Part shown: positions 29,328-42,048 of the stretch, in pieces
Layout: the number at the start of each line of letters is the position of its first letter
How positions within the stretch are numbered: position 1 is the stretch's first letter
Origin: Candidatus Ruthturnera sp.
GTDB lineage: Bacteria > Pseudomonadota > Gammaproteobacteria > PS1 > Pseudothioglobaceae
Assembly (NCBI GenBank): GCA_030599095.1
Contig: JAUVOQ010000001.1
Span: 1-59,061, forward strand
Direction of reading: 5' to 3'
Length of the DNA: 59,061 nucleotides
Program-made: the position numbers and the translations under genes
Notes under the pieces: generated by a model
Told to the model about the DNA's origin: nothing
Database searches by the model: none
The model's input: only the letters and a program-made list of their open reading frames with translations

Positions 29328-31610
29328 ATGGTAACAACACACAATCTTGGTTTTCCTCGTATCGGCAAACATCGAGAATTAAAATTTGCATTAGAAAAAT
29401 ATTGGTCAAATGCCATTTCTCAGGATGAATTATTGCAAACTGCTAACGCATTACGCAAGCAACACTGGCAAAATCAAGATAAATTAGATTGGGCGCCTGT
29501 GGGCGATTTTTCTTTTTATGATCAAGTTTTGGACATGAGTTTTTTATTAGGCAATGTGCCAGAACGTGCCAAAATATTATCAGGAAATGAATTAGACAGT
29601 TATTTTCGAATAGCTCGTGGGCGAGCTTTTGCTGATGAATCTGATTGTAGCTGCATTCAGGCGGGCGAGATGACCAAATGGTTTGACACTAATTATCATT
29701 ATATTGTGCCAGAATTTAATCAAAATACAAGATTTGAACTCAAAGCACAACACTTATTAGCACAAATTAAGCAAGCACAAAAACAAGGCATTAAGGCTAA
29801 ACCAGTTATTATTGGTCCAGTTACTTATTTATGGTTAGGTAAATCTAAAGATGAAACCAATAAACTGGATTTGTTAGATTCATTGGTTAAAGTGTATGTG
29901 CAACTATTTGATGAATTGGCAAAGTTAGGTATAGAGTGGATACAGGTTGATGAGCCTATTTTGGTGACAGAATTGGAAGCAGATTGGCGAGTAGCGTTTA
30001 GAAAAACTTACGACACATTAGCAAACAAATCAATTAAATTGCTACTTGCTAGTTATTTTGGCGCTTTGCAGGATAATTTAAGCCTTGCTTGTGGCTTGCC
30101 CGTTGATGGCTTGCATATTGATGCGATTAATGCAAAAGATGAGGTTCAATTAGTGATTGATAGCCTGCCAAATGATAAGGTTTTATCCTTAGGCGTGATC
30201 AATGGGCGTAATATTTGGAAAACAGATTTAAGTGCAACTTTGTTGTGGTTAGAGCCTATTCACCAACAATTACAGGATAGATTGTGGCTAGCCCCATCTT
30301 GTTCATTATTGCACGTTCCTGTGGATTTAGACAGTGAGCAAGAACTAGAGGTAGAGATTAAATCATGGCTTGGATTTGCCGTGCAAAAATTAGAAGAATT
30401 GGACATATTAGCACAAGCCCTTAATCAGGGGCAAGCAACAGTAACTAAAGAAATAGCCAGCAATATTGATGCCATTTATACTCGGAAATATTCATCTCTT
30501 GTGCATAATAGCGAAGTCAAAGAACGCCTTGCTAAAGCGAATGATGAACTGGGCAATCGTCAATCTGATTATAAGAGCAGAGCAAAATTACAAAGTGAAA
30601 AATTTAACCTGCCTTTATATCCAACCACAACCATTGGCTCATTTCCACAAACATTGGAAATTAGGCAGGCTAGGCGAGATTACAAATCGGGGGCATTGTC
30701 ACAAACAAACTATATTCAAGTCATGCAAACTGAAATTAAACGTTGTGTGCAAGCGCAAGAAGAGTTAGGTTTGGATGTTTTGGTGCATGGTGAGCCTGAG
30801 CGTAACGACATGGTGGAATATTTCGGGCAACAATTAAGCGGCTACGCATTTAGCCAATTTGGCTGGGTGCAATCTTATGGTTCCCGTTGTGTCAAGCCAC
30901 CGATTATTTTTGGTGATATTTTTCGTCCAAAACCCATGACACTAGATTGGATAACCTACGCCCAGTCACTCACCAACAAGCCTATGAAAGGTATGCTTAC
31001 AGGGCCTGTGACAATGTTAAATTGGTCATTTGTGCGTGATGATCAACCAAGGTCAACAACGTGTTTGCAATTATCTTTGGCCATTAGAGATGAAGTATTA
31101 GACCTTGAGAAAGCTGATATAAATATCATTCAGATTGATGAGGCGGCATTAAGAGAAGGCTTGCCACTACGAAAATCTCAGTGGAGGGACTACCTTGATT
31201 GGGCGATTAAGGCTTATCGAATTAGTGCTAATAGTGTGCGTGATGAAACCCAAATCCACACACACATGTGTTATTCAGAATTTAATGATATTATTGAGTC
31301 AATAGCACAAATGGATGCTGACGTTATTACTATTGAAACTTCCCGATCGGATATGGTACTATTAGATATATTTGATGAATTTGATTATCCTAATGAAATA
31401 GGACCAGGGGTTTACGATATCCATTCTCCTAATATTCCTTCAGTGGCTTCAATGGTTAAATTAATACAAAAAGCAGCGCAGCGTATTCCTGATAAAAGAT
31501 TGTGGGTTAATCCTGATTGTGGCTTAAAAACTAGGCATTGGAGTGAGGTTAATCTTGCACTAACTAACATGGTATTGGCCAGCGAGCAACTTCGAAAAGG
31601 TTTCTTATAA
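29328..31610 (+). CDS. metE: Cobalamin-independent methionine synthase
   Basis: [42 protein letters not shown]. Confidence 0.98.
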   Translation: MVTTHNLGFPRIGKHRELKFALEKYWSNAISQDELLQTANALRKQHWQNQDKLDWAPVGDFSFYDQVLDMSFLLGNVPERAKILSGNELDSYFRIARGRAFADESDCSCIQAGEMTKWFDTNYHYIVPEFNQNTRFELKAQHLLAQIKQAQKQGIKAKPVIIGPVTYLWLGKSKDETNKLDLLDSLVKVYVQLFDELAKLGIEWIQVDEPILVTELEADWRVAFRKTYDTLANKSIKLLLASYFGALQDNLSLACGLPVDGLHIDAINAKDEVQLVIDSLPNDKVLSLGVINGRNIWKTDLSATLLWLEPIHQQLQDRLWLAPSCSLLHVPVDLDSEQELEVEIKSWLGFAVQKLEELDILAQALNQGQATVTKEIASNIDAIYTRKYSSLVHNSEVKERLAKANDELGNRQSDYKSRAKLQSEKFNLPLYPTTTIGSFPQTLEIRQARRDYKSGALSQTNYIQVMQTEIKRCVQAQEELGLDVLVHGEPERNDMVEYFGQQLSGYAFSQFGWVQSYGSRCVKPPIIFGDIFRPKPMTLDWITYAQSLTNKPMKGMLTGPVTMLNWSFVRDDQPRSTTCLQLSLAIRDEVLDLEKADINIIQIDEAALREGLPLRKSQWRDYLDWAIKAYRISANSVRDETQIHTHMCYSEFNDIIESIAQMDADVITIETSRSDMVLLDIFDEFDYPNEIGPGVYDIHSPNIPSVASMVKLIQKAAQRIPDKRLWVNPDCGLKTRHWSEVNLALTNMVLASEQLRKGFL

Positions 31611-32348
31611 GTTGGGATAAAAAGCTTTAATAAAATAAAGCCCTTGAGGTGGTGCAGTAGGGCCAGCTTGTTTGCGTTGCTTGCTATCCAAAACTTCTTT
31701 TACCCATTCAATGGATTTTTCGCCTTTGCCTACCTTGAGTAGTGTGCCGACAATATTGCGCACCATGTGATGCAAAAAGGCGTTGGCTTTTATATCTAGC
31801 AAGATGTCATTATCGCATTTGCTTAGTTTAATAAATTCAATGGTTTTGGTGGGAGATTTTGCTTGGCATAAACTGCCTCGAAATGCTGAGAAGTCATGTT
31901 CGCCAATTAAATATTTACTGGCTTTATCCATTGCCATTATGTCTAATTTTCTTGGCGCCCATAATGAATGGGCTGCGATGATGGCGCAACGAACCTTTGT
32001 GTTGTGTATTTTATAGTTGTATTGTCTTGCAGTAGCGCTAAATCGTGCGTGGAAATCATCATCAACATGGGTTGCCCAAGTAAAATTAACATCATTTGGT
32101 AGATTGACATTGCCACCAGATAGCCAAGCCTTATTTTCGCGTTTGATGTTGGTTTCAAAATGAATAACCTGACAGATGGCATGTACGCCAGCATCGGTTC
32201 TGCCAGAACAAAACACCCTAACTGGATGATTGGCGACACTTGATAACGCCTGCTCAACTACTTGCTGTACAGTGCGAATGTGAGATTGTTGACACTGCCA
32301 ACCGTGAAAGTTTGTGCCTAAGTACTTAACGCCCAATGCTATTTTCAT
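31605..32348 (-). CDS. truA: tRNA pseudouridine(38-40) synthase
   Basis: [27 protein letters not shown]. Confidence 0.96.
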   Translation of the reverse strand: MKIALGVKYLGTNFHGWQCQQSHIRTVQQVVEQALSSVANHPVRVFCSGRTDAGVHAICQVIHFETNIKRENKAWLSGGNVNLPNDVNFTWATHVDDDFHARFSATARQYNYKIHNTKVRCAIIAAHSLWAPRKLDIMAMDKASKYLIGEHDFSAFRGSLCQAKSPTKTIEFIKLSKCDNDILLDIKANAFLHHMVRNIVGTLLKVGKGEKSIEWVKEVLDSKQRKQAGPTAPPQGLYFIKAFYPNL

Positions 32349-32405
32349 AATTCAATTTTTTAGGTAAAATTAAGTCAACTATTTTAACCATTTAAATGGG
32401 TTTAC

Positions 32406-32762
32406 ATGAAAAATGAACGAACAGAGTTGGGTAGGATTATCAATGCTTTTGGTTTTTCTATGAAGGGCTTAAAGTTTTGTTATCAATCTGAAGCGGCTTT
32501 TAGGCAGGAGTTGTGGTTAAGCATTGTGCTAATTCCTTTGGCATTTTGGTTAGGAGAATCATCCGTTGATAAAGTGCTGTTAATTGTGCCTATATTTTTG
32601 GTTTTAATTGTTGAAGTTTTAAACTCGGCCATTGAATCAGTGGTTGATAGAATCGGTGATGAATATCACGCATTATCAGGCGCTGCAAAAGACATGGGTT
32701 CTGCGGCAGTATGGTTGTCATTAGTGTTACTCGCTATGTCATGGCTCATTATTCTGATTTAG
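32406..32762 (+). CDS. dgkA: Diacylglycerol kinase
   Basis: EAAFRQE, EVLNSAIESVVDRI, AKDMGSAAV. Confidence 0.95.
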   Translation: MKNERTELGRIINAFGFSMKGLKFCYQSEAAFRQELWLSIVLIPLAFWLGESSVDKVLLIVPIFLVLIVEVLNSAIESVVDRIGDEYHALSGAAKDMGSAAVWLSLVLLAMSWLIILI

Positions 32763-33493
32763 CAAGTTACTTGAGTGATGATATTGAGTGTTTTGCTTTT
32801 GATTCAATATCCAACACCAACGACTATCTGGCTCAGTTGGCCTTTTGCACAAAAACTCAAGTTTGCATTACTTCTGAGCAAACCTGTGGTAAGGGTCAAT
32901 ATGATAGAAAATGGCTGAGCCAGAAAGACACAAGCATTATTTTATCAATTCGTCATGTTTTTCCTAGTAATACTCCATTAAGCGGGCTAAGTTTGGTGGC
33001 TGGTCTTGCGTTGGTTGATGTGTTAGAACAATATGGTATTTCTGATTTGCAGCTTAAATGGCCAAACGATGTTTATTTTGAAGATAGAAAATTAGCAGGT
33101 ATTTTGATTGAGAATTCACTACAAGGTGATTATCAATCAGTCATTATTGGTTTGGGGCTAAATGTTGATTTTAATCAAAATTTTCAGTGCGAAACACCTT
33201 GGATAGACTTAAAACAAATAACTTCAACGCCGATTAATAAACTTAATTTGAGTAAAAATTTAATTAACAAAATTTTAAAATATTTTGATATTTTTAAATC
33301 AAATGGCTTTGATGAGTTTTATGCCAAGTGGGCGAAAGTAGATTATTTATTAGGTAAGCAGGTTAAGCATACAAACAAGGCACAGTTATTTAGTGGCACT
33401 TGCCTTGGGGTCAATCGCCAAGGCGTTTTGTTGGTTGAAACTCAATGTGGTATTAAACCGATTTATTCGTCCGAGTTTTTACATCTTTGTTAG
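32741..33493 (+). CDS. birA: Biotin-protein ligase (no HTH)
   Basis: SNTN, EQTCGKG, LKWPNDV, KLAGILIE; start moved to MAHY. Confidence 0.9.
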   Translation: MAHYSDLASYLSDDIECFAFDSISNTNDYLAQLAFCTKTQVCITSEQTCGKGQYDRKWLSQKDTSIILSIRHVFPSNTPLSGLSLVAGLALVDVLEQYGISDLQLKWPNDVYFEDRKLAGILIENSLQGDYQSVIIGLGLNVDFNQNFQCETPWIDLKQITSTPINKLNLSKNLINKILKYFDIFKSNGFDEFYAKWAKVDYLLGKQVKHTNKAQLFSGTCLGVNRQGVLLVETQCGIKPIYSSEFLHLC

Positions 33494-33938
33494 TGTTGGC
33501 TGACTGAGGCACGGTATTTATTTTTGTATCTACCATAGACACATTGCCTTTAAAGTAAGAGCCATCTTTTAGAATAACTTTTGGTGCACTCATATTGCCA
33601 GTAACGTTACCACTGTCAGTAATGACAATTTTTTCACTTGATTCAATATTGCCCTTAATATTGCCATTAACATTAACAATTTTAGCAAAAACATCAGCAT
33701 TAATTTGGGCTGACTTTTCAATTGTAACCGAGTTGTTTTTTAATGTTATTGTGCCTTCAATTTTTCCAAAGACACTCATATCATCATTACCAGAAACATC
33801 ACCTTTAATATGACAGCCTTTAGATATGATTGTCTTAGATTGGGTTTTTTGCTCAGCACGAACAATTGTTCTTTGTGTATTAACATTGCTTGCTTGCTCT
33901 TGATTGTTATTTGGTTCAGGTTTTCTAGTATTAAACAT
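33453..33938 (-). CDS. Bactofilin
   Basis: Beta-helix repeats TIISKGCHIKGDV...GNVTGNM...FKGNVSM. Confidence 0.88.
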   Translation of the reverse strand: MFNTRKPEPNNNQEQASNVNTQRTIVRAEQKTQSKTIISKGCHIKGDVSGNDDMSVFGKIEGTITLKNNSVTIEKSAQINADVFAKIVNVNGNIKGNIESSEKIVITDSGNVTGNMSAPKVILKDGSYFKGNVSMVDTKINTVPQSANTNKDVKTRTNKSV

Positions 33939-33987
33939 AATAATTAGTTAACTGTTAAAATCGTTAATTATAATCAATATTATCATT

Positions 33988-34713
33988 ATGTCCAGCAACA
34001 CTCTAAGCATACAAAACATCAGCAAATCTTATTCAGGCAGAGACGTGGTTAATGATGTTTCATTTTTTGTGCAAAGTGGTGAAGTGGTTGGGTTGTTAGG
34101 TCCAAATGGTGCGGGAAAAACCACTTGCTTTTATATTGCTTGCGGCTTGGTTAAGGCAAATTCAGGTAAGGTATATTTGAATAACAAGAGAATTGACCAC
34201 TTACCCATGCACAAGCGCGCTGATTTAGGGCTTGGTTATTTACCGCAAGAGCCTTCTATTTTTCGCAAGCTTTCGGTGGAAAATAACATTATGGCGGTGT
34301 TGGAGTTAAATTTCAGTCTTGATAAAATACAAAGAATTAGTCGGCTGGAAGAATTATTGGCAGAGTTTAACATTGAGCATATTCGTCATATTGATGGTAT
34401 TAGCTTGTCTGGCGGTGAAAGAAGAAGAGTAGAAATTGCTAGAGCACTAGCCATGAATCCAAAGTTTGTATTACTGGATGAGCCATTTGCAGGGGTCGAT
34501 CCAATTTCTGTTGGGGATATTCAAAAAATTATTTACCACCTAAAAGATAAAGACATTGGCATCTTAATTACTGATCATAATTACCGAGAAATGCTGGATA
34601 CTTGTGATCACTCCTATGTGCTACATAATGGTACGATTATTGCGCAGGGCAATAAAGAGCAAATTCTTTACAATGAAAAAGTTCGCGAGGTTTATTTAGG
34701 TGAGTACAATTAG
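33988..34713 (+). CDS. lptB: LPS export ABC ATPase
   Basis: [45 protein letters not shown]. Confidence 0.96.
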   Translation: MSSNTLSIQNISKSYSGRDVVNDVSFFVQSGEVVGLLGPNGAGKTTCFYIACGLVKANSGKVYLNNKRIDHLPMHKRADLGLGYLPQEPSIFRKLSVENNIMAVLELNFSLDKIQRISRLEELLAEFNIEHIRHIDGISLSGGERRRVEIARALAMNPKFVLLDEPFAGVDPISVGDIQKIIYHLKDKDIGILITDHNYREMLDTCDHSYVLHNGTIIAQGNKEQILYNEKVREVYLGEYN

Positions 34714-35773
34714 TTCTGTCTCTACAAGGCATCATCAAAATCAGCAAACCACCCAACTTGGTGTTATTACGCTGGGCATAGAAAGTTCTTGTGATGAAAC
34801 AGGTGTTGGCTTGTACCATCCTGAACTTGGTCTTATTGGGCATCAATTATTTTCATCCGTTAAAATTCACGCTGAGTATGGTGGCGTGGTTCCTGAACTG
34901 GCATCACGTGATCATATCCAAAGGGTATCGCCTTTAATTAAAGCAGTTTTAGCAGAGGCAAAATTTACCCTGAAAAATTTAAGTGGCATTGCCTATACAG
35001 CTGGGCCTGGCTTGGCAGGTGCGCTTTTAGTAGGCGCCGCAGTGGCTAAATCTTTGGCTTGGAGTCTGGATATTCCATCTTTAGCTGTGCACCACATGGA
35101 AGGGCATTTACTAGCGCCCTTACTAGAACAGTCTCAGCCCAAATTCCCCTTTGTGGCTTTGTTAGTTTCAGGTGGTCACACCATGCTGGTTGATGTTAAA
35201 GCCATTGGTCAATACAAAATTTTAGGTGAATCTTTAGATGATGCAGTGGGCGAAGCGTTTGATAAAACAGCGAAAATTTTAGGCTTGGGCTATCCTGGCG
35301 GTCCTGCTTTGGCAATATTTGCTGAACAAGGCAACCCCAGTACGTTTAAGTTTCCACGTCCTATGGTTGACCGTCCTGGACTTGATTTTAGTTTTAGTGG
35401 TCTTAAAACTTTTGCACGCAACACTTTTGCCAAACATCCTAACAAAAAAGCAGACATTGCCAAAGCTTTTGAAGTGGCCGCTACACAAACGCTCATGATT
35501 AAGTGTAGAAGAGCATTAGAACAAACTAAATACACAACACTTGTGGTTGCAGGTGGTGTTAGTGCAAATTTATCTTTACGCAAAGAACTTAACCAAATGG
35601 GCAAAAAAGTGGGCGCAAATGTTTTTTATCCAAGGCAAGAATTTTGCACTGACAATGGTGCTATGATAGCCCTAGTTGGGCATTTTCGCCTAAGCCACGG
35701 GCAGCGTGACAGCCATCATGAAATTAACATCAAACCCAGATGGAATTTAGAGGAATTAAGCCAAATTGAGTAA
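34700..35773 (+). CDS. tsaD: tRNA threonylcarbamoyltransferase TsaD
   Basis: [41 protein letters not shown]. Confidence 0.97.
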   Translation: MSTISSVSTRHHQNQQTTQLGVITLGIESSCDETGVGLYHPELGLIGHQLFSSVKIHAEYGGVVPELASRDHIQRVSPLIKAVLAEAKFTLKNLSGIAYTAGPGLAGALLVGAAVAKSLAWSLDIPSLAVHHMEGHLLAPLLEQSQPKFPFVALLVSGGHTMLVDVKAIGQYKILGESLDDAVGEAFDKTAKILGLGYPGGPALAIFAEQGNPSTFKFPRPMVDRPGLDFSFSGLKTFARNTFAKHPNKKADIAKAFEVAATQTLMIKCRRALEQTKYTTLVVAGGVSANLSLRKELNQMGKKVGANVFYPRQEFCTDNGAMIALVGHFRLSHGQRDSHHEINIKPRWNLEELSQIE

Positions 35774-37274
35774 ACTAAGCAAATTATTTACCCGTGCATC
35801 AACAGGGCTTGATGCGCCACTGGTTACTATTGAAGTGCATATTTCAGGCGGTTTGCCAGGGTTTTCTATTGTTGGCTTGCCTGAAGGTGCGGTGCGCGAG
35901 AGCAAAGACCGTGTGCGTAGCGCCATCATGACCTCACAGTTCAAGTTCCCCACAGGGCGAATTACCGTTAGCCTCGCCCCTGCAAATTTGCCCAAAAGTG
36001 GTGCTAGGTATGATTTGCCTATTGCCATTGGGTTGCTACTGGCTTCTGAGCAAATCAACCCCAATATTAACATCAATTCATTTGAATTTTATGGCGAGTT
36101 GGGCTTAGACGGTTCACTTCGAGCAACCGAAGGATTGCTGCCAGCCATCATTGCAAGTAGCCAAGCCAAGCATTGCATCATCCTACCAAATCAAGATTCA
36201 AATCAATATGCGCTGGTTGGTGAAGCCATTATTTACCCATGCACGCATTTACTTAAAGTCTGTGAGTTTTTACAAGGCGTCAGTGATGTTAATAAATTAA
36301 CCCGCAATTTGGCTGATAGCCAGCCAATTTACAATAATGATTTTTCCCAAGTTAAGGGTCAGCATCACGCCAAACGTGCACTTGAAATTGCTGCAAGCGG
36401 TGGGCACAATTTACTTTTAATCGGTCCACCTGGTTCAGGCAAAACCATGTTGGCAGAACGCTTACCCTCAATCATGCCATCACTAAGTATTGATAAAGCT
36501 TTAGAACGTGCCTCTATTTACTCAGTCGCCAACAAACCCCTAGATTTAACCCAATTAAAAATCCGCCCATTTCGCAGCCCACACCACTCATCTTCATCAG
36601 TTGCATTAGTTGGCGGTGGCTCAACCCCTAAACCGGGTGAAATTTCACTAGCCCACGAAGGCGTGCTATTTTTAGATGAATTACCCGAATTCCCTCGAGG
36701 TGTCTTAGAAGTCTTACGCCAACCCCTAGAAAACGGCAAAATCCACCTATCCCGTGCTGCCCAACAAACCACTTTCCCTGCAAATTTCCAGCTCATCGGT
36801 GCAATGAACCCCTGCCCTTGTGGATATTATGGCGATGGTACTGCCAAATGCCATTGCACAGCAGATCAAATTAATCGGTACAAAAACAAAATATCAGGAC
36901 CACTATTGGATAGGATTGATATGGTGCTAGACGTCCCACCCTTGCCCAAAGAAGTTTTACTTAATCAAAGCACTGAACATACTCAAAACAGTCAAACCAT
37001 CAGAAAAAGAGTCATCAAAGCCCACAATATCCAATTAGCAAGACAAGGCAAATCTAATGACAAACTCGCACCTGATGAAATAGAAAAATTGGTCAACCTA
37101 ACCCAAGACAACAAACAACTATTATCCAGCGTCATTGACAAACTCAATCTATCAGCCCGTGCCTATCATCGCATTTTAAAAGTTGCTAGAACAATTGCTG
37201 ATTTAACAAATAGTGAAATGGTTGATAAATCACATTTAATTGAGGCAATTGGGTATCGGCGGTTCAACAATTAG
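35766..37274 (+). CDS. comM: YifB/ComM Mg-chelatase-like ATPase
   Basis: [52 protein letters not shown]. Confidence 0.93.
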   Translation: MSKLSKLFTRASTGLDAPLVTIEVHISGGLPGFSIVGLPEGAVRESKDRVRSAIMTSQFKFPTGRITVSLAPANLPKSGARYDLPIAIGLLLASEQINPNININSFEFYGELGLDGSLRATEGLLPAIIASSQAKHCIILPNQDSNQYALVGEAIIYPCTHLLKVCEFLQGVSDVNKLTRNLADSQPIYNNDFSQVKGQHHAKRALEIAASGGHNLLLIGPPGSGKTMLAERLPSIMPSLSIDKALERASIYSVANKPLDLTQLKIRPFRSPHHSSSSVALVGGGSTPKPGEISLAHEGVLFLDELPEFPRGVLEVLRQPLENGKIHLSRAAQQTTFPANFQLIGAMNPCPCGYYGDGTAKCHCTADQINRYKNKISGPLLDRIDMVLDVPPLPKEVLLNQSTEHTQNSQTIRKRVIKAHNIQLARQGKSNDKLAPDEIEKLVNLTQDNKQLLSSVIDKLNLSARAYHRILKVARTIADLTNSEMVDKSHLIEAIGYRRFNN

Positions 37275-37285
37275 TGATTTAAAAA

Positions 37286-38698
37286 ATGGATAAAGAGCAA
37301 GAAAAAGAAAAATTGGAAAGCTTGATTAAGAAATTAAATCTTAAAACCAGCAAACCTAATGCAAAACCTAATAAGGGAGATCGCTACAAAATTAGAGGTG
37401 AAAATTCTAAAGATTCTTTATGGATTCAAGTTCAACAAAAAAAGTTTTTTGTTAGTTTAAGTGGCGATAAAAAAAGCAATGAGCATAAAAAAATTTATGA
37501 TTATATAGGTAGAGATTATGACCCTGGTAATATCCAAAATGATCATTGGGATCTTGACAGCTTTAATGAAATAGAAAATATTGTTTATTGTTATGCAGGA
37601 GTGAAAAAAGAAAATATGGAACAAAAATTTAAAAAATGGTTAGGACAACAAACAACACAGAAGGGTAATGACTTTGACGAAGATCACATTAGTAATTTAT
37701 GCACATGTTTAAGAGAAACGATTCCGAATTGGGATCAAGTTAATCATCCAAATTTATTTACAATAAAAGACGTCAATATTATTCAAAGACTTTATGAGCG
37801 CCGTTTGAATGGCGGAGATTTGCACGAACTGAATATAAGTGTTGGTACAAGAATCCCTAGCAATGCACTAGGAAGATATAAACAGTTTTTAGAATCTCCT
37901 GAATCACCGGATCAAGGAAGTAAAAATATGGGTGCTAAATTAGCAAAAGCAATTAGCGTATTAAAATATAAAAAACAAATTATTTTACAAGGTTCGCCAG
38001 GAACAGGAAAAACCAGATTAGCCAAAGAAATTGCAAAAAAACTAGCACCTGATAATTACAAACTCATTCAATTTCACCCTGCCTATAGTTATGAGGATTT
38101 TGTACGTGGGATTGTGGCAACGACTACTGAGGGTGTTGTAAGTTATGAAGTGCAGAATAAAATTTTGGCAGAAATGGCAGAAAATGCATTTAACAATCCT
38201 GATGATGAATTTGTGTTGATTATTGATGAGATTAATCGGGCAAATTTATCTAGTGTGTTAGGTGAGTTGATTTATGCTTTAGAGTATCGTGGTGAGGCGG
38301 TGGAAAGTATGTATGAATATAAAGACGACAGAAAGATTGTTTTACCTGAGAATTTATACATTATCGGCACAATGAATACCGCAGATAGAAGTGTGGGGCA
38401 TATTGATTATGCAATTCGGCGGCGGTTTGCGTTTGTGGATGTGAATACGGATGAGAGTGTTATTCCAGATGATTCAAAGCCATTATTTAACAAAGTAAAA
38501 GACTTATTTGAGCAATATTTAAACAAGGAAGAATTTGAATTAAATGATGTGATGATTGGGCATAGTTATTTTTTAAAGAAAAATTTAGAGTTGGCTTTGG
38601 CTTTGGAATATGAAATTAAGCCAATCTTGCAAGAATATCGCAAAGATGGTGTTTTGACTTGTGAAAAGAATGTTATTGATAATTTAGATGCTGATTAA
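37286..38698 (+). CDS. mcrB: McrB-family GTPase
   Basis: GSPGTGKT, QFHPAYSYEDFV, IIDEINRAN, MNTADRS, RRRF. Confidence 0.9.
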   Translation: MDKEQEKEKLESLIKKLNLKTSKPNAKPNKGDRYKIRGENSKDSLWIQVQQKKFFVSLSGDKKSNEHKKIYDYIGRDYDPGNIQNDHWDLDSFNEIENIVYCYAGVKKENMEQKFKKWLGQQTTQKGNDFDEDHISNLCTCLRETIPNWDQVNHPNLFTIKDVNIIQRLYERRLNGGDLHELNISVGTRIPSNALGRYKQFLESPESPDQGSKNMGAKLAKAISVLKYKKQIILQGSPGTGKTRLAKEIAKKLAPDNYKLIQFHPAYSYEDFVRGIVATTTEGVVSYEVQNKILAEMAENAFNNPDDEFVLIIDEINRANLSSVLGELIYALEYRGEAVESMYEYKDDRKIVLPENLYIIGTMNTADRSVGHIDYAIRRRFAFVDVNTDESVIPDDSKPLFNKVKDLFEQYLNKEEFELNDVMIGHSYFLKKNLELALALEYEIKPILQEYRKDGVLTCEKNVIDNLDAD

Positions 38699-39884
38699 GC
38701 TCAAAGAGCATCAAAGCGAGAGTTTTGGCTTATCCTGCTGGCTTGAAGATATTCCAAATGAGCCAAATAAACGAAAATATTTGGGTTTGTATTATGATTT
38801 TTGGAAAGGTAAAAGGTCGGTAAAAAGCAGTTACTTTATTGGTGCATGTTGGCTGGAGAAAAATCAACTTGCTTTACAAGTTGAGCCAAAAATTACAGAT
38901 CTTGATTATCTAAAAATGTTTTTAGAATGTTTCAAACATCCAAAAGTCAGTCAAGAATTATCAAAGATTTATCACATTGATTTTAACCAACCAAAGATTG
39001 AATTAGACAGCAGCAAATTTGAGATAACGCCCTTGCTCATCATTCATTTTTTGCAGGTGATGAAAGCCATTGTGCGCAAAGGGTTGAAAAAAAGTTATTA
39101 CCCTGTTGAGCAAAATCTGAATGCCAAAGTTAAGGGCAAAATCAACATTGGAAAAACTTTAAAACATAATATTTTTAAAGAACAAAATCATAAAACTGTT
39201 TGTCATTACCAAGAATTCGGCATTAATTGTGTTGAAAATCGCCTACTTAAAAAGGCGTTAAAATTTGTGCAATCTTATCTTGCAAAATCAGAATCAGACA
39301 TTAAAACCGATGATAAATTAAAACAAACACTGGCATATTGTTTAGCGCCGTTTGAGTTGGTGAGTGATAATATTGAGATTAGAGAGATGAAAAATTTCAA
39401 AAATAATGCCTTTTTCAAAGACCATGCTGTTGCGATAAAACTGGCAAAAATGATCTTCAAACGCTTTGCCTATAATTTGCAAAATACACACGTCAAAAAT
39501 CTTACACCGCCGTTTTGGATTAATATGAGTTTGTTGTTTGAAAAATATGTTTATGCGTTGCTTTTGGCAAATAATGAAGTTAAATATCAATTCAAGCATA
39601 CTGATTTTTTAATTGATGATATTGTTATTGATAGTAAATATAAGACAAGATACAAAAATAAATATGTTAATGATGATATTGCACAACTTGCTAGATATGG
39701 CAGAAATAAAGTCATTCGAAAGGCGTTAAATTTAGATGAAGAAATTGCAAAATGTTTAATTATCTATCCTAATAAAATAGGCAAAGAGCGTTTAGATAAA
39801 GATTTATGGCAACAAGCAGAGGAAATAAAAGCGTTTAAAGCGTTTAAAAAAATTGCCATCAAACTCCCATCTTTTGATGCATAA
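38688..39884 (+). CDS. mcrC: McrC-family nuclease
   Basis: Overlaps mcrB; MSLLFEKYV, TDF....IDSKYK, DIAQLARY. Confidence 0.85.
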   Translation: MLIKLKEHQSESFGLSCWLEDIPNEPNKRKYLGLYYDFWKGKRSVKSSYFIGACWLEKNQLALQVEPKITDLDYLKMFLECFKHPKVSQELSKIYHIDFNQPKIELDSSKFEITPLLIIHFLQVMKAIVRKGLKKSYYPVEQNLNAKVKGKINIGKTLKHNIFKEQNHKTVCHYQEFGINCVENRLLKKALKFVQSYLAKSESDIKTDDKLKQTLAYCLAPFELVSDNIEIREMKNFKNNAFFKDHAVAIKLAKMIFKRFAYNLQNTHVKNLTPPFWINMSLLFEKYVYALLLANNEVKYQFKHTDFLIDDIVIDSKYKTRYKNKYVNDDIAQLARYGRNKVIRKALNLDEEIAKCLIIYPNKIGKERLDKDLWQQAEEIKAFKAFKKIAIKLPSFDA

Positions 39885-40836
39885 ATTCTCAGTAGCGCCA
39901 ATGATGGATTGGACAGACAGACATTGTCGATATTTTTATCGGCTAATGTCAAAAAATGCTCAACTTTGGACTGAAATGGTAACGGCTAAAGCGATACTTT
40001 ATGGGGATAAAAACCGTCTGTTGGATTTTGATGCGTGTGAACATCCACTGGTGTTGCAATTAGGTGGTAGCGAGCCAAAAGAGATGGCGCAAGCAGCCAA
40101 AATAGCGCAAGATTGGGGTTATGATGAGGTTAATATTAATGTTGGTTGCCCTTCTGATAGGGTGCAATCGGGCAGTTTTGGGGCGTGTTTGATGCAAACG
40201 CCGCAACTTGTGGCGCAATGCGTTGATGCAATGAAGCAAGTGGTGGATGTGCCAATTACGGTTAAGTCGCGTATTGGTGTGGATGATATGGATAGTTATG
40301 GTGAATTGGTTAATTTTGTTGCAATGGTTGCAAGTTCGGGTTGTGATCATTTTATGATTCATGCAAGAAAGGCATGGTTAAAAGGTTTGAGTCCTAAGCA
40401 AAATCGTAGCGTGCCAAAGCTTAATTATGAATGGGTGTATCGGATTAAGCGAGACTTTCCTCATCTTGTTATTGGCATAAATGGCGGCATTATGAACATG
40501 GAAAGTTCATTGCAGCATTTAGAGTATGTGGATAGTGTTATGTTGGGTAGGGCGATGTATCATCAGCCTTATCTGTTAAGCGAAGTTGATGGTTTGATTT
40601 ACCAGAAAAAATCATCAATATTGAGTCGTGAACAAGTATTATTAGCATTCATTGAATATATGAAAGTTCAACATGCCAATTCTGTACCAATTAGATCCAT
40701 GACACGGCATATTTTGGGTTTGTATCATGGGCAAAAAAATGCTAAAAATTTTAAACGGTTGTTAAGTGGTAAAGTGGTTGAGTTTGAGCACTTGTATGAA
40801 TGGTTAGAATATACGGATAAAGACAATGGCCAGTAG
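39877..40836 (+). CDS. dusA: tRNA dihydrouridine synthase DusA
   Basis: FSVAPMMDWTDRHCR, QLGGS, NVGCPSDRVQSG.FGACLM. Confidence 0.96.
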   Translation: MHKFSVAPMMDWTDRHCRYFYRLMSKNAQLWTEMVTAKAILYGDKNRLLDFDACEHPLVLQLGGSEPKEMAQAAKIAQDWGYDEVNINVGCPSDRVQSGSFGACLMQTPQLVAQCVDAMKQVVDVPITVKSRIGVDDMDSYGELVNFVAMVASSGCDHFMIHARKAWLKGLSPKQNRSVPKLNYEWVYRIKRDFPHLVIGINGGIMNMESSLQHLEYVDSVMLGRAMYHQPYLLSEVDGLIYQKKSSILSREQVLLAFIEYMKVQHANSVPIRSMTRHILGLYHGQKNAKNFKRLLSGKVVEFEHLYEWLEYTDKDNGQ

Positions 40837-42046
40837 TGATAATTTTTTTGCAAGTGTTGACATAGGCACAAGCAAGATTGCAGTGTTAATTGCTGATGAG
40901 GAAGATGGCAAAATAGAGGTGTTTGGTCATGGCATTGGACCATCAGATGGGGTAAAAAATGCGTTGATTGTTGATATTGATAAAGTGGCAAAATCAATAT
41001 TAAAGGTGGTGGAAACTGCTTATCTTGGTTGTAATACTAGAATTCACAATGTTGCTGTCAATATTTGTGACTTAAATTTAAATACGATTAATCAAGATAG
41101 ACAAATATCAGTGAGCGGTAAAAAAATTACCAAAGAGCATGTTATTGAGGCAATTAAGACGGCATCAGCCACACCCACGCCTGCTAATAAGCAAATGCTA
41201 AGTGCGAGTATTAATCGCTTTACCATTGACCAAGATACAACAGCAGTTGACCAGCCAATTGGTCTTGAGGCAACTGTTTTAGGTGCTCAGGTGCATGTGA
41301 GTATTGTTTCAAACCAAGCCATGAGTAATCTTCATCAAGCAGTTGAAAAGAGTGGTTTGGGGCTTAGTGAAGTTGTTTTGGATTCTATCGCCAGTAGTAG
41401 GGTTTGCATTACTCAGGATGAGAAAGACAACGGCGTTTGCTTGCTTGATATGGGTGCGGGCGTGAGTAATATTTCTGTGTTTATGGGGGGGGGTATTACT
41501 TATAGTCATGTTTTTAAAATGGGTGGCAATCAAATTACCCAAAATATTGCGAATGCCTTTAACACCTCATTTGAAGAGGCAGAAAGACTCAAAATTGAAC
41601 ATGGTTACGTACAATTAAAAATAGCACCAGAGGATAAATTAATTCAGTTTAAGCAGTTGGATTCTATTGAAAATCGCTATTTATCATTACACAATTTGGT
41701 TGAAGTTATAGAAAAATCTTATTTAGATATTTGCCACCTGATTAAGCAAAATCTAAAAACTAAAAAGCTAGACAGGTCGCTTAAATCAGGATTTGTATTA
41801 ACAGGTGGCGTGTCCTTAATAGAGGGTTGTGAAGGGTTGTTTGTTAATACATTTAGAATAAGAACCAAGTTGGCTAAAGTTGATGTGAATAAAATCACAG
41901 GTAAAGATATGATTGTTTCTAACCCTATTTATACTTGTGCATTGGGTTTGCTGATGCGTGCTGAGAATGATGCTTATTTAGAAGTGGTGCAAGCGCACCA
42001 ACAAACTAACTTTGTGAGTAAAATAAAATCGTTATTGGAATTATAA
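40826..42046 (+). CDS. ftsA: Cell division protein FtsA
   Basis: [37 protein letters not shown]. Confidence 0.88.
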   Translation: MASSDNFFASVDIGTSKIAVLIADEEDGKIEVFGHGIGPSDGVKNALIVDIDKVAKSILKVVETAYLGCNTRIHNVAVNICDLNLNTINQDRQISVSGKKITKEHVIEAIKTASATPTPANKQMLSASINRFTIDQDTTAVDQPIGLEATVLGAQVHVSIVSNQAMSNLHQAVEKSGLGLSEVVLDSIASSRVCITQDEKDNGVCLLDMGAGVSNISVFMGGGITYSHVFKMGGNQITQNIANAFNTSFEEAERLKIEHGYVQLKIAPEDKLIQFKQLDSIENRYLSLHNLVEVIEKSYLDICHLIKQNLKTKKLDRSLKSGFVLTGGVSLIEGCEGLFVNTFRIRTKLAKVDVNKITGKDMIVSNPIYTCALGLLMRAENDAYLEVVQAHQQTNFVSKIKSLLEL

Positions 42047-42048
42047 AT

